Shown here: positions 1-14,116 of the stretch, piece after piece
Layout of the letters: each line of letters opens with the position of its first letter
Position numbering within the stretch: position 1 is the stretch's first letter
Source: Octopus bimaculoides
Taxonomy: Eukaryota
DNA length: 64,000 nucleotides
Assembly: GCF_001194135.2 (NCBI RefSeq)
Contig: NC_068981.1
Span: forward strand, 172,395,742 to 172,459,741
Direction: 5' to 3'
Program-made: the position numbers and the translations under genes
Notes under the pieces: generated by a model
What the model saw: only the letters and a program-made list of their open reading frames with translations
The model's database searches: none
Told to the model about the DNA's origin: nothing

Positions 1-276
1 TATACAATAAGATCATTATTTTTGTATATATACATATGTGTGTATGTATATATATATATATATGTATTTACATTATTTATAATGGATGGATAGGTGTCCT
101 CATCTTGTTTGTTGTTATCACAACATATCAGCTGATGTACTCTCCAGTTTTCATCAGGTGTTCTGATGGAATTTCAAACCCAACCCTTTATTTGACTAAT
201 GGGGTACACTGTTCTCATTCCTAAGGTATGTTGCTGATGTTATTTTTCTGTAGATATATATATATATATATATATA

Positions 277-1062
277 CTTATATATATATTGGTGAGAACT
301 GTACAAGCCCTGTACAGGGGTGCTGTCAGTAAGGTGAGGGTTGGCAACAAGTATAGTGACGAATTCCAGGTAGATGTAGGGGTTCACCAAGGATCAGTCC
401 TCAGCCCCCTCTTGTTCATCATAGTCCTCCAGGCAATAACAGAGGAATTCAAGACAGGTTGTCCCTGGGAGCATCTCTGTACTGATGACCTTGCTCTAAT
501 AGCTGAATCACAACCAGAACTAGAGAAGTTTCAAGTGTGGAAGCAAGATCTAGAATGGAAGGGCTTTATAGTCAATCTAGCTAACACCAAAGTCTTAGTT
601 AGTAGGAAAGCAGACAAATCACAAATCCTTTTCGATCTGCAGAAAAGGCATGGGTAGAAACTCCATAAGATGTACCCAGTGTAAGCTATAGACATATAAG
701 AGGTGCAGCAATGTCAAAGGAAGGTTAACTGGGAAGATAGTTTTTGTGTCTGGCAGATGCACAGGGACAATAAACACTAAAGATGTACAGAAAACAGTTG
801 ATAGCTTCCATTACCTAGGTGACCAAGTCAATAGCAGGGGTGGATGCTCTGAGAGTGTAGCTGCTAGAATAAGAATAGCCAGGGCAGAGTTCAGAGAGCT
901 CCTACATCTGCTGGTAACAAAGGGCCCCTCACAGAGAGTGAAAGGTAGACTTTGTGATGCATGCGTGCGAACAGCCATGTTACACAGTAGTGAAACATGG
1001 GCTGTGACTGCTGAGATCATGCATAGGCTTGAAAGAAATGAAGCTAGTATGTTTCACTGGAT
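277..1062 (+). mobile_element. RTE-clade LINE reverse transcriptase fragment (degenerate)
   Basis: ORFs 289-657 and 746-1216 give GVHQGSVLSPLLFIIVL..., CTDD (degenerate YADD), FHYLGD and MLHSSETWAV, typical RTE RT and C-terminal motifs. It is frameshifted. Confidence 0.9.
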
Positions 1063-1151
1063 GCGTGTGTGTGTATATATATATATATATATACACACAC
1101 ATACGTACGTACATATACATATGTCCATATATATATATGTACATATAATTA

Positions 1152-1258
1152 GATTGGAGCCTGGTGAAGCCATCCAGTTGCACCAGTCCTCAGTCAAATC
1201 GTCCAACCCATGCTAGCATGGAAAGCGGACGTTAAACGATGGTGATGATGATGATGAT
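1152..1258 (+). mobile_element. Family-B repeat 3' part
   Basis: gattggagcctggtg...catggaaagcggacgttaaacgatggtgatgatg. Confidence 0.8.
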
Positions 1259-1598
1259 ATATGTGTGTATATATATGTATGTACATATATATATGTTATT
1301 CAAATCTTTATACTTCCAACATATGTTTCAAAGAAAACATTGGTATTATTCCTGAGGGAATAAAATGATGTAAAACACTGTAATCAAGGAAAAAAGAGAA
1401 ACAAAACACTAAGCCATTTTAACCGATGAGATAATTACATTGTTTTACATCATTTTATTCTCTCAGGAGTAATACCAATGTTTTCTTCGAAACATGTCAG
1501 AAATATAAAGATTTGAATAACACCTGCGTTTAACTTCATTTTATATATGTATATATATGTGTGCGTGTGTATATATGTATGTATATAAAAGTATATAT

Positions 1599-1765
1599 GT
1601 AGGCATGGCTGTGTGGTTAAAAATTTCATTTTGATACTGCATAGTCAATGGTTCAGTTTGCCTATGTAGGTGTGGTCTTTTGCCTTTTGCTACAGGTGCA
1701 AGTCAACCAATATCTTCTGAGTGAATTTGGTAGATGGAATCCAAAGGAAGCCTGTTATATATGAG
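1599..1765 (+). mobile_element. Degenerate family-A SINE 5' part
   Basis: gtaggcatggctgtgtggtt...gagtgaatttggtagatggaa...gaagcc. Confidence 0.6.
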
Positions 1766-2650
1766 TGTGTGTGTTTGTCTGTGTGAGTTTTCGCTTATCA
1801 ATATCTTGATATGTATTCATTGAATGTATAAAACCACCTTGCCTTTCAAACTTATGATGTCCTTTGCTTGCAGTCCACAACAAAAGCATGTCTGGGCTTC
1901 TTGACAGTTTTTGACATGTGCAATTCTTGTTTAAAAATAGTGTCTATTTCCAGTTCTGTATGTTACTATGTCAGGGTTGTTTGTTGTTCAATAGATCCTA
2001 AGTAATGGAGGTGTTATTACCTTGCTTGGAAATAGATGGTGGGGTTGGTATCAGGATTGACATCCAAACATAGAAAACGTCTGTGGCACATTCTCAGGTG
2101 ACACACACAAGCAAAGAAAAGTGAACATTAAAATGATAACAATGATGGTGGTGTGTGCATGTATTTATGTATACGTGTGTATGTATATATATCTAGACAT
2201 GTGTACACACATACACATGTATGTTATCTTTCTTAGCTTATTTTCATTTCAATTATGCAGATTACATAATTACTTAGGCCATAATGTTTTAAATGTTACA
2301 TTTGCTGATATCAAGATAGGACAAAGGCTATGTTGATGACAGTTGTTGAGGCAGAAATGTGTCACAGCTGTCATCTTGAATTTTCTTTTCTGGCATGCCA
2401 GTTTTGGAGAAATCCTGATTGTTGAGATTATCTCCTATTCTAATTTGGCACCAATTATCACATGCAATTAGTTTACCTTCACTGGAAATAGACATAATTT
2501 CCATTAATCAAGAAATTATCTTAGTTATTTAATTTACCTTTGTCTTTGTTGTTCAGTTACATGCCACTGATCACTCTGAGTTATTTTTCTTATTTTCTTT
2601 TATGCATATATATATATATAAGATAGATAGATAGATATGTATGTGCGAGA

Positions 2651-2688
<38 letters not shown>

Positions 2689-3406
2689 CAATGTACATAA
2701 ATATCAAACAATGAAAGTGAGCACTCAACACCACATTGGTGGATAAAGATTCTTTATTTGTGTTTGTCTCTAAATGGAGACGAACACTGATGTTCCATGT
2801 GATAGGCTTGATAACTGTTAAGGGCTTCCTTTACATGAAACCAATGGTAGCCTTAATCTGTAAATTAAGAGATATATCAATGTATATATATATTGACATT
2901 TGCCTAACAATAAATGCATATATATGTAGGTGTCGTCATTTTAATTATCATTTTAATGTCCACTTTACCAAGCTTGCATGAGTCTGATGAAATTACATTA
3001 GAGTAAAGATACCTATCCTCACCTGTTTCCAAGTAAGGTGATAATGCTCCAGTCTATCAAACAACAACCACCTGGACAGGGTTACATGGAGAACTGGAAA
3101 CAAACACCATTTGAATGAGTCTCTTGTTTACAAAGATCACCCAAAATGTCAAGAAGCCCAGACATGTTTTCACGGTGGTCTGCAAGTAAAGAACAATGTA
3201 TGGACAGCAACGCTGTTGTTTACAGTCAGAGAACACACATGCAGACAAGGGGAAATACAAACTTACTCACAAACAAGTATCTTCAGTTTCTGCCTACTAA
3301 TTTCATTTTCAAGGTATTGCTTGACCCACCACTATAGTACAGAATGCCTGCTTATTGTGTTCATACAGGAAGGACATACACCTAACCAGGTGGTTCCCAA
3401 GATATG

Positions 3407-4650
3407 TATGAGGTGGTATCAAAGAGTTCCCAGACTTATGTTTAATAAAAAAATAACTTATTTACCTAATTTTTAACATCATCTCCTTCAAAATAGTCAC
3501 CTTGTGCAGCAATACACCAGTCCCAGCGTTCCTGCTGCTTTTGGAATCCAACCTGGAAGTTGTTTTTCATAAGTGAGTCAAAGACTTTCTGTGATTCGCT
3601 CGTTTTCAACAACGGTGTTAAAACGGCAGCCTTTGAGCTGCATTTTCACCTTGGGGAAGAGAAGGAAGATGCTAAATCTGGCAAATAGGGAGGGTGTGGA
3701 AGCAATACCATGTTGTTTTGGGCAAAAAACTCATGAATGAGGAGAGCTCAGTGTGCATTGTGTCGTGAAGAATCCAATTCTTTATGCTCCACAGATCTAG
3801 TTGATTTCACCAAATGCCCTCCCTCAAACGCTTCAAAATGTTGCAGTAGAACTCTTGATTGACAGTCTGGCCCTGGAGGATGAATTCTCAATGCACAATA
3901 CCACGAATGTCAAAAAAACGATGTGCATGCTCATGATTGAACTACTACTCTGTCGTGTCTTCTTCAGTTGTAGAGATGCAGGCCTCTTCCATTGTGATGA
4001 CTGTTGCATCATCTCATGGTCGTACCCATAGACCCAACTTCCATCACGGGTGATGATCCTCAACATGAAGGATGCTTCATCAATGGTACACCGACGGAGA
4101 TCTTGACAGACTTCAACATGATGTCCTTTCTGCTGTGGTCAGCAGGTGAGGGACAAACTTAGCAGATACACGCCACATGTTCAATTCAGACGTTAGGGTT
4201 GCCTGCACAGACCCATATGACAGACCAACAACATCAGCAATGTTGTTGATTGACCTTCGACAATCCTCATGCACAAGCTGATGAATCTTCTCCACATTTC
4301 TGGGGGTGACACTCGTGGCAGGTCTTCCAGGTCGCTCATCATTTTCCAGGGACATTCTTCTGCTTTTGAATATGCCCATGCCACTCAAAACATTGCATAC
4401 AACCCATTGCCTCATCGCTATAAGCTTGTCAAAGTGTGCTCTGTAGCAGACTTCCCAAGTTTAATGCAAAATTTCATGTTGGCTCTTTGTCCATGACAAA
4501 AGCAAGGATTTCACAAGTTGTGAAATAAACAGTGATGTCACTCACCACACTGCCTCATGAAGGTCACTGCTAGCTCTCACTGTGCACACAACCATGTACT
4601 ACCATCTGTTGGTGTACTACAGAACTAATCTGGGAACTTTTTGATACATA
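3407..4650 (-). mobile_element. Near full-length degenerate mariner (DD34D) DNA transposon
   Basis: TIRs (tatgaggtggtatcaaagagttcccagact / aatctgggaactttttgataca). Minus-strand fragments include ERPGRP, SAKFVPHLLT (WVPHEL-like), ITRDGSWVY and PHPPYLPDLA. About 1.25 kb with multiple frameshifts. Confidence 0.88.
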
Positions 4651-4894
4651 TATGTAGATATGTAAATAATTCACACACATATATGCACAAACATGAGTGT
4701 GTGGATCATATCATTTTAATGTTTTTTTTCTACGCCTGAAATGAAAGTTGGCCAGATACCCTTACTGTCACTGAATCAAACCTCTTAAGACAAGAGAAAG
4801 CTACAAATTCATATGCACATACACATCTATATACACATCTATACACACACATTATGATATACATATATACAATTATATATAAGTATATACACAC

Positions 4895-5465
4895 ACAAGG
4901 TGCATTCCAGGTGTTTTGAGACCTTTTCATGAGAGACATTTATTAATTTCTGAGAAGTACAAAAGTCTAATCTCCTTCAAAGTGGGATCCTCTGATTTCA
5001 GTGCACTTGTTGTAGCACTCCAGCCACTTCATGAACGCTCTATTGATATCCTCCAAAGTGAAGGTGTCCAGGACCCTTCTCACAGCCTTATTCATCTTCT
5101 CAATGTATTCAAAACAACTGCCCCCTAAGGTTCTCCTTCAGCTTGGAGAACAATCAAAAGTCACAGGGAGCAAAGTCTAGTTATAGGGAGAGCAAGGGAT
5201 AGTTTAGATGTCCATTTCTATCAAGTAATTGGTTACCAGGAGAGAATTGTGACAATCGGTGTTAAGTAGCTGTAATAAGCAGTGTTTAATTGGGTGTCTT
5301 CAGTGTGCTGTTACAGCCATCCCCTTCAATCAGGAATAAAAAAAAAGTTGGCAGATGTGAATATTAGATGTATAAAAAGGATATACTAAAATTTCAATAA
5401 TCTAGGACAGTTATAACTGCCTCTCCTAAAAAAAAAGTCTCAAAGCTTCTGGAATGCACTTCATA
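4895..5465 (-). mobile_element. Internally deleted mariner (MITE-like) retaining both TIRs and the transposase C-terminus
   Basis: Left aggtgcattccaggtgttttgagac and right gtctcaaagcttctggaatgcacttca are inverted copies. The minus strand encodes degenerate (SPD)FAPCDF-LFSKLKENL...KWLECYNKCTEIRGSHFEGD*. Confidence 0.8.
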
Positions 5466-5537
5466 TATACATGTGTGTGTGTGTGTAGTGTACTGTTCCA
5501 TTAAGGTAAGATAAACAAAATGATCTTACCTTAGATG

Positions 5538-5580
<43 letters not shown>

Positions 5581-8500
5581 TGTATCATCATTTCACATCA
5601 ATGTTCCATGCTGGTATGAGTTGGACAGTCTGACAGAATTTGATAGGACCAGACACTGCATCATGCTCTAGTATCTGCTTTGCCTTGGTTTCTACATTTG
5701 GATGCCTTCCTAATACCAACCACTTTATTAGGTTACTATGCAGCATTCAAGACTATGACCCTCGATGGAGCAGCTTTGTGCTTGGATATGAGCAGTAAAA
5801 GTATAAGGAGCCACAGCAGAACACACATGTATATGTATGTGTATGCAGGGCTTCTCACAGTTTCTGTCTGCCATTTTCTCTCACGAGAGTAAGCAAAACT
5901 CTTTGTAGGCTCCTGCTAACCATTACTACAATCCCTTTAATAGCTACAAATGGGTTTGCCAGCAAATAGGTTAGCCTCTGAAAGTCATTGGTGTTGTCAC
6001 ATCTGGTGGCAAATCCTCTGCTTAAGAGTCAGTTCCACTTATACCAACTAATAAACAATAACACCACTCTGTAAAAGGTACAGAAGGAAGCAGCACATCA
6101 AGATATTAAGTTACCTTCGAACCAGAGCTTTTCAAGAAATATCTGCTTCAGAGTTAACTTCACGAAATTTACTCAATGTCCAGGTGAAGTGATAATATTA
6201 GACTCTCTGATGAATTAAATATACCACCCTTAGTCATATGCTTCCTGAAATTACAGAAACTAAGTCCATCTCAGTCAATGCCAACAGAAAAACTATTACC
6301 ATTGTTACTTCAGTATTGAAATAAATTCGCTCATGGGTTTCTACTCAGCTACATGGTTTCTCTTCATATTTCCTGATAGTGTCAAGTTTTTCATGGTCAC
6401 ATTATATATTCTCCAAAAATTAATTGAAAGAGACCATGGTTGGAATATGAGAAACTGCTTTCCTATTCATAGTATTTTAGAGATATTATTTGGAAAAAAA
6501 TTGTAAAGGTTCCTTTCATGCAACTATTTCATTTGTAATGGTATTTTTGTCATATAGTCAAGTCCTGATACTTACCAGAGAATGTTATTCTTTAAACAAA
6601 AATGAAAATGAAATTTTGTATAAGGTGTGTATATGTGTCTGTCTGGACTTGGAGAGAGTGTTAACCTTGCTTGAAAATAGATGAAGGTTGGAAATGGGAA
6701 GAGCGTCCAACCAAAGAAATCTGCTTCAGTGAATTCTGTTTGACTCATGCAAGCATGGAAAAGAACAAAATTATATATATATATGTGTGTGTGTATGTAT
6801 ACACACACACACACACATTTTCTGTGGTGCTGTAATATCAGTTTTATCTGGAATCTAATTTTCATTTTCATACATTTAAAACGTTATCTCACTCTCTTTA
6901 CAAACATATTACTTCTCAATAAAAATTTTATTGATATGAATGTATAAATTCTCAGTGTTTCCATTAATGTGCGTAAAGTAAAAATCAAAATATTTGTTAT
7001 TATCATCATTATTAATTCTCTTTCTTTACACATATCAATGATATTTTGTAAGCCAGTTCTTTGATATTAACATAGGATAAGTAAACTTTAATATTATCTT
7101 TATTCGAAGTCTTCTGAAGGAACACCATTTCACCAATTTATAAAGCTTTTTCTCTTTCAGCTGAGCTAGCATTTGTTTTTTTTTTGTGTTAATCACAGCT
7201 CATTTCCACTTTACTTTTCATCTTTATCTATAAAATAAATCTTCAGTATTTATTCTTACTTAACATTTTTTTTTTCTAATATGTAATTGTACTATCTACT
7301 TTTATTGTCATAACATAGTTTTATTTTTTTATTTATTGACTTTCATTTGTTTTTTTTATATTTTACAAATTTGCTGTTTTAGCTTACATTTTAATTTTTA
7401 TGTTTATTCTAAGGGTAAATAATTTTCCACAACATTTTTTGTTTATTAATGTTAATAACAAAATCAGCTCTAAAGTTTACATACTCTTAGTTCCAAATGT
7501 ATATTCTTTAAAACAATTATGTAATTATCAAATATTGTCTTAATCAATTAGAAAACACTAAAGATCACTTAACTGAATTTTGAGTTAATAAACTATTGTG
7601 TTATTAATCTTCTAACTACTCTCATCATTTAAGAATGCCAAAATTTAAGTTTGATTTGGTTTTTCTCCATTTTTATCCACCAGATGTCATTGTAATATGC
7701 TGAAGGTTTTATTTTTTACTTTGGGCAGTTAATATACATCCTTTCTTAGATAAAATACTGGTTTTCTCATAGTTCTTTCCCATATGGTCTAAATGAATAC
7801 TAAAAACTAACAAAATACATACCATTTACTTGAGTTGATGAACTGTACCTCTTCCAGACCTAACTACACTTGAGTAGACTGGGATATTGAGATACACAGC
7901 ACAGCATTTTTGACTAGAATGCTTGTGACTTAACAATCTGATCAGCTGGAAGGCTGCCTATCATTAAATACATCTTCACTATATTCAGGTTCAAACAGTT
8001 TTTTATTCCTTATGGGTCTCATACCAATCAAAATATTTTTCAATTTCTATGAAATATAAAAACGAAATTGAAAGTGTACAAGTCAATTCCATTGGAATAT
8101 GTTCCAACTAGTGCATTACTTAAATCTCTCATTCAACTCTCCATAATATCTTATAAAATAAACAAAATGCTTTTGTTTCAAACCTGAAGCTCAGTCAATA
8201 ATTATCTATTTTCATTAATGATTTATCATGATTAAAGCTTCTAAATAATGACAATTAAAATATTAACTGATCAATCTGCTCAGTTATTTCATCAGTTGAC
8301 ATTTCATGTTACTGCAGCTATTTTAATTAATCAGCCCTTCCCTTCTTTAATATCTCATTTAGTCCTCATGTCATTATGTCAATTCTAAAGCCCTCGCTGT
8401 AACTCTCCTTGTGTTACATCAAGTAGCCTTTCATGTGACATATCCCTTATCATGTCCTGTCAGTATCATTGCCTTGTCATGCCCAGTGTTGCATTTAGAC

Positions 8501-9436
8501 CCCTGTCCCCAATACATTATCCACTAGGCTTTAAACTAATGTTGTGCAGTTGATATCAATGTTTAACCCTTACAGGCTGACTTGTGGAATTGTATTTCTT
8601 TTTTTTAAACTTTTGCATTGTTTTCTGCTGTTTTTTTTAATTGTTTGTTTATATTTGTTTTATGTTAAAGCTGCTTGTCTAAATAAATTCATGTTTTTTT
8701 TTTTGTTTTTGTTGTTTTTAATAGGAATTTCCATTCTTATGTTTTCATGTTAATGGCAAACTATGAATGTAACTGTACAGTTTTATATGTTATGAATAAT
8801 TCAGAGATGTATATATCAATCAGATGTTTTTAAATAAGCAAAATAATCTTTACTCTATGGGCAGTTAGGTAACATACAAAATAATCATTGATATTCTAAC
8901 TATGAGTAGCTGCTGTTATCTATTCAAACTGTACTTTACCTGTTTTAGCATTAGTTGATCAGATCAGTAAAATTTGCTTCTGTTCTTCATTTTACCTATG
9001 AAATGCTATTTGTTACATAATAAATTCTAACAGATACTTTATGTTGCATTACATTTGTATTTGTATGTATATATGTAATGTGTGTGTACACACTCACATA
9101 TTCATATGTTTGTGCATGCATGTGCTCAGTATATAGTTATTAGCTGGTTTGTTAACTCATTGACAGCAGTAACTAAAATCTATCCATGATAGATTTATAT
9201 AAATTGTCCCAATATAATTATTAAATTACTAGAAGTTATGATCTTTAAACGGGTGGAAGACAATATCAATACCATAAACTAGTTTGTAATGTTTTTATAT
9301 TCAGTTCTTTTTTGTCATTATTTTAAGAAATCACTTCTGTATATCGTTTGTTTCTAGAAATAACTCTTGGGGAAAATTATATGTGTATATATATAAATAT
9401 GTACATACATACACACCCATACATATATATATATAA

Positions 9437-9470
<34 letters not shown>

Positions 9471-9489
9471 AAATGTGTGTACGTGTGTG

Positions 9490-9526
<37 letters not shown>

Positions 9527-10401
9527 AACCACTATTTCGTCTGACTGTAAGAATGGAAAATTATGCAATGGATCTAAAATGTTGAAATGTTTTTGTTTTT
9601 GTTTCTTTATAACTGACGCACTTACTAATAATATGTTTTCCGTTATTTCCCTTTGCTTGCTGGGAATCTATATCAATATTTGGTAAGTACGATTATCTGT
9701 TTATTAAATATCTTTTTAGGATTTTTTTAATTAGCTAAGATTATTCTAGTTAAAAAATAACAGAACACTTAGGAGTATCATAAGTGATTGGTGGTGTATT
9801 TTAGTATTTCTGTTTTAATATTTTATGATAGTTTTTTTCTTTTTAATAAGGATGCATTAATGAACAGTTGTTAAAGTATGCTAGTATCTATTTTATAATT
9901 TACTGAGGTGTAAAGCAAAATAAGACTAAGTTGTTATAAGCAAAGGTAATTTTGAATAAAACTGCAGTTTTGAATAAAATTTGCAGTCAAATCAGGTTAG
10001 ATCTTGGTAAACAAAGCAAGAAATATTTTAAGCTCTAAAGATTTTTGGCTTATTCATTTTTTGTTTATAATTTTAGTTACTTATAATCTTGAGGTTGAAG
10101 TTTCAATCATACATCTAAAGGTATATGGTTGAATAAACCAAAAATGTATATTCTAAGTTCAGTTTAAGCAGTACTAAGCAAGGATTTTATTTATAAATGC
10201 TTTTAAATCAGCATATAGCTAGCTACAATGCAACATATCACATGTAATTTTGAAGACCAACCATACATTAAATACAGATCTAAATTATATAACTCTGAAT
10301 TTTATGAAGATCAGAAATGTTGATTTATAATAACTATTAGTAAAATACTTAAAATATTTGACGAGAAAGCTTAATGCTGGTTTCAAAATATATTTCCACT
10401 G

Positions 10402-10446
<45 letters not shown>

Positions 10447-10706
10447 CATAATTATGTGGTTAAGTTCTTCATCATAACTACATTGTTTTAGGTTTGAACT
10501 CACTGCCTAAAACTTTGGATAAGAATCTAAGATCAATTAAAAATCCTTATGCACGAAATTTTTAAGGCAGATATTTAGGGTGAAAAAACTGAATTCCAGA
10601 AAAAAGCAGTAGCAAACCAGCCCTGTAAAGCAGCCGAAACAGCCTTGTAGATGTGGTTGTTCCACACAGCTACTTGAAATTAAGCTTAATAGGTTCTATA
10701 TATATT

Positions 10707-11323
10707 NNNNNNNNNNNNNNNNNNNNNNNNNNNNNNNNNNNNNNNNNNNNNNNNNNNNNNNNNNNNNNNNNNNNNNNNNNNNNNNNNNNNNNNNNNNNNN
10801 NNNNNNNNNNNNNNNNNNNNNNNNNNNNNNNNNNNNNNNNNNNNNNNNNNNNNNNNNNNNNNNNNNNNNNNNNNNNNNNNNNNNNNNNNNNNNNNNNNNN
10901 NNNNNNNNNNNNNNNNNNNNNNNNNNNNNNNNNNNNNNNNNNNNNNNNNNNNNNNNNNNNNNNNNNNNNNNNNNNNNNNNNNNNNNNNNNNNNNNNNNNN
11001 NNNNNNNNNNNNNNNNNNNNNNNNNNNNNNNNNNNNNNNNNNNNNNNNNNNNNNNNNNNNNNNNNNNNNNNNNNNNNNNNNNNNNNNNNNNNNNNNNNNN
11101 NNNNNNNNNNNNNNNNNNNNNNNNNNNNNNNNNNNNNNNNNNNNNNNNNNNNNNNNNNNNNNNNNNNNNNNNNNNNNNNNNNNNNNNNNNNNNNNNNNNN
11201 NNNNNNNNNNNNNNNNNNNNNNNNNNNNNNNNNNNNNNNNNNNNNNNNNNNNNNNNNNNNNNNNNNNNNNNNNNNNNNNNNNNNNNNNNNNNNNNNNNNN
11301 NNNATATATATATATATATATAT
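10707..11323. other. Assembly gap (617 N); further gaps at 15206-15277 and 44234-44243
   Basis: N runs, each abutting a (TA)n tract. Confidence 1.
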
Positions 11324-13255
11324 ATGCATGCTTTATTAAATTTAGGAAGTTTATTAACCAATTAAAATTTGAACAGTTCATACTTTCTAAAGGCTTCTCA
11401 TGTTTAGTGGAGAGAAAGTATATATTAGATGCTCTGACAAAATGAAGGGTTGAATAAATTTTCAGCTTTTGCTTTAGATAGTGTCAGGGTAGAAGTTGAT
11501 TGTTATATAAACATGCATACCAAAGTGACTACTTCATATCAATGCATCCACAGAACACTCCCAAATTATTTCATCACTTAGACATTACCTGCTGTATTTC
11601 CGTCCCAATATCCTACAGACCTTTCACTCCTATCTGTGTGCATGAAAGAAATCTCTATAAATACATGTAGGCAATCTCTGATTATGTCTACTTTCTATGT
11701 TGATACTTATTCAGTATGTCCCCTCCCCCAACGAAAAAGAAAACAGTTATTATTGGCTATAAGAAAAGGTGAATGTTCAATTCTTTCTCTTAGTTTAGTA
11801 GTACTAATATATCTACTTCCCATACTAACTTAAGAGTCAGTGGAAAGTATGAACACCTCAATAGTGAACTGGTTAAAAAAATTGTCCTCAGTTTAAGCAA
11901 AAATGTAGTGTAAGTCAAGAGCTGTATTCCAATGTTATAGAGATGTAGATCATGTTTGTATAACTTTTCTTTGGTTTTTTTTTCTTTTCTTTTTTTTTTT
12001 GCATATGTATTTTTGTCATTGTGATTCTGGAGCTTTGATTTTCAAACGGTAACATTTTAATAGACTTAACTAATTATTTCTGTTTATATATATATTCGAC
12101 TTACACAGTTGGTATGATATGATAGTTTCTTTAAGATTTTCAAATCTATAATATAATAAATGTCAGTTTTGAGGACTCACAGATGACTCCATCAACAATA
12201 TTGAACTATTAGCTATGAACTACATTGTGCCTTGTCTGCAGCCCAAACAAGTCTGGTACAGTCCACTGAATTGTAAAATAAATATCAGTATTGATAATAG
12301 CTCACTACTATAAGAAAGGTGACCAGTGTATAAGCCAGTGTTGGAATAGCTGAAAATGTACAGTACACATCCTACTGAGTTTGAAGCATGATAAATATGT
12401 TTATGCTGCAGTCCTGTTTAAACTAGATCTACATGTCCTCACGTAAAAATGAATGAATCTGTTATTTTCACTCACATAGTGAAACATTGTGTGAATAAGT
12501 AAATCTAAGTTGCCAACTAATTGATATTTATAATTGATTAAACCCATTGTAGTAGAAATCTACAAATCTCACCCCACAATGGAGTTAGCTTCAGAAAATG
12601 TATTGTTACTTTCTAGATATTTGTCATAGAAGTTAACAAGGTGGAAATATGATAATCCAAAATCTGAAATTCCTAATTATTCATTGCTGGGAAAATATTT
12701 AATATTAACAGTTTAATAAAACAACTGTGATAAGCCAGCTGCATGAATTTGCTGTAATGTTGGTCTTTAATATATATCTTGCATACATTGCCTGCTCTGA
12801 TCAGCCTATATCATGTCTCCCCACAGTTACTTTTCATAAATAACACAAACTTTTTTTGTTTTTTTCTCTTTCTGAAAAATTCTGTGTATTTTACTGTGTC
12901 TATTCATTTCCCATAAATAATCATCACCATCTCATGAAGTTGGAATATCATCCAGCCTTTTCAGATTGGGCCCTATTTAAACAGCTATGTAAGGGATAGA
13001 AAAATAGAAAGAAGTGACTGGTTTTTTTTTTTTTGGTTTTTTTTTTTTGGAGGTGGGTGTATTGAGAAGATACACAACCTCCATATGGACATGCTAGAAA
13101 CATCAGACATGTCTTTCTCAAATCACTCTTCTCATCTTTAAAAAAAGGGATGGACCAGATATACTAAGTTTGAGGGAAAAGTTGGGATGGCCATGGCAGA
13201 AATATCTTTGACCATAGGTCTGCATGAGCAACAACAGTTTTTATAGCATAGTTAA

Positions 13256-13408
<153 letters not shown>

Positions 13409-14018
13409 TGAGTGTTATTTGCTATTTGGCTTTATACTTCTGATTTAGTGTCTTTATATTTCATTCACTAAGTCCAATGAATGAAACACTTACCAAGATT
13501 ATTCTGTCTATTTATATATACATTTAATCTTTTAAGCTTAATCAAACAATCTTGTTGGCTCACTTATTTAGCTACATAATTTTAATTAAGGATTTCATCG
13601 TTATATGTTAATTGGGCTCTTAATATGACTCTTTATTCCTATCATTATTTTCAATTAAATTATGTTTTAGAACATTTCAAAATTCTGTTGGAAATTACTT
13701 TTCCTTTCATTCTGCATAACAAAGTAGTAGTAATATAGTGAGATCATATCAATTGGCTATAATTTCTGTTGTCTTGCAAATTAAGTATTATGTCTAGAAG
13801 AGAAATCATTTTTATAGTATGCACCATGATTAGTGGTAACTTGGCCCACAACTTGGTTTTAATTAACAAGAACAGAACCTTTTTATTACATTACCAATGC
13901 TCTTGAGTAATATATGAACACTGCCATAATTTTCCATATCCTTCCTTTTTAAGATCAATTTCTATCTAATAAATTACTTACTTTTCATTTTGACAACTCA
14001 TTGTTCTTTTCTTTACAG

Positions 14019-14116
14019 GGAAGAGAGCGAAAGTGTACTGCAGTTGAAGGGACTTACTCCAAATGGTTTGCTACCTCTCGGAGCGCTATCTGGTGGCAAA
14101 GATACTCTGAGAAGTG
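14019..14116 (+). CDS. PPP3CA: Calcineurin A exon [32 protein letters not shown] (phase 2 in, phase 1 out)
   Basis: Acceptor ctttacAG (14017-18) and donor GTAAGG (14117). The phase matches the previous exon (AG|G = Arg). It matches the conserved EESESVLxLKGLTPxGxLPxGxLSGGK segment. Confidence 0.97.

Noticed and set aside
5890-6420. Possible Gypsy gag/protease remnant on minus (FL..SGSKVT-like)
   Set aside because: The motif is only recoverable with assumed frameshifts, which is too degenerate to call.
9615-9688. Branch-point-like TACTAAT, pyrimidine tract and a perfect GTAAGT donor in the calcineurin intron
   Set aside because: There is no AG acceptor after the tract (TG instead), and the implied 20-nt exon would shift frame.
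10653-11381. Long ORFs of 219-231 aa in the track, and the many YIYIYI/THTHTH ORFs elsewhere
   Set aside because: They are artefacts of N-gaps and dinucleotide microsatellites.
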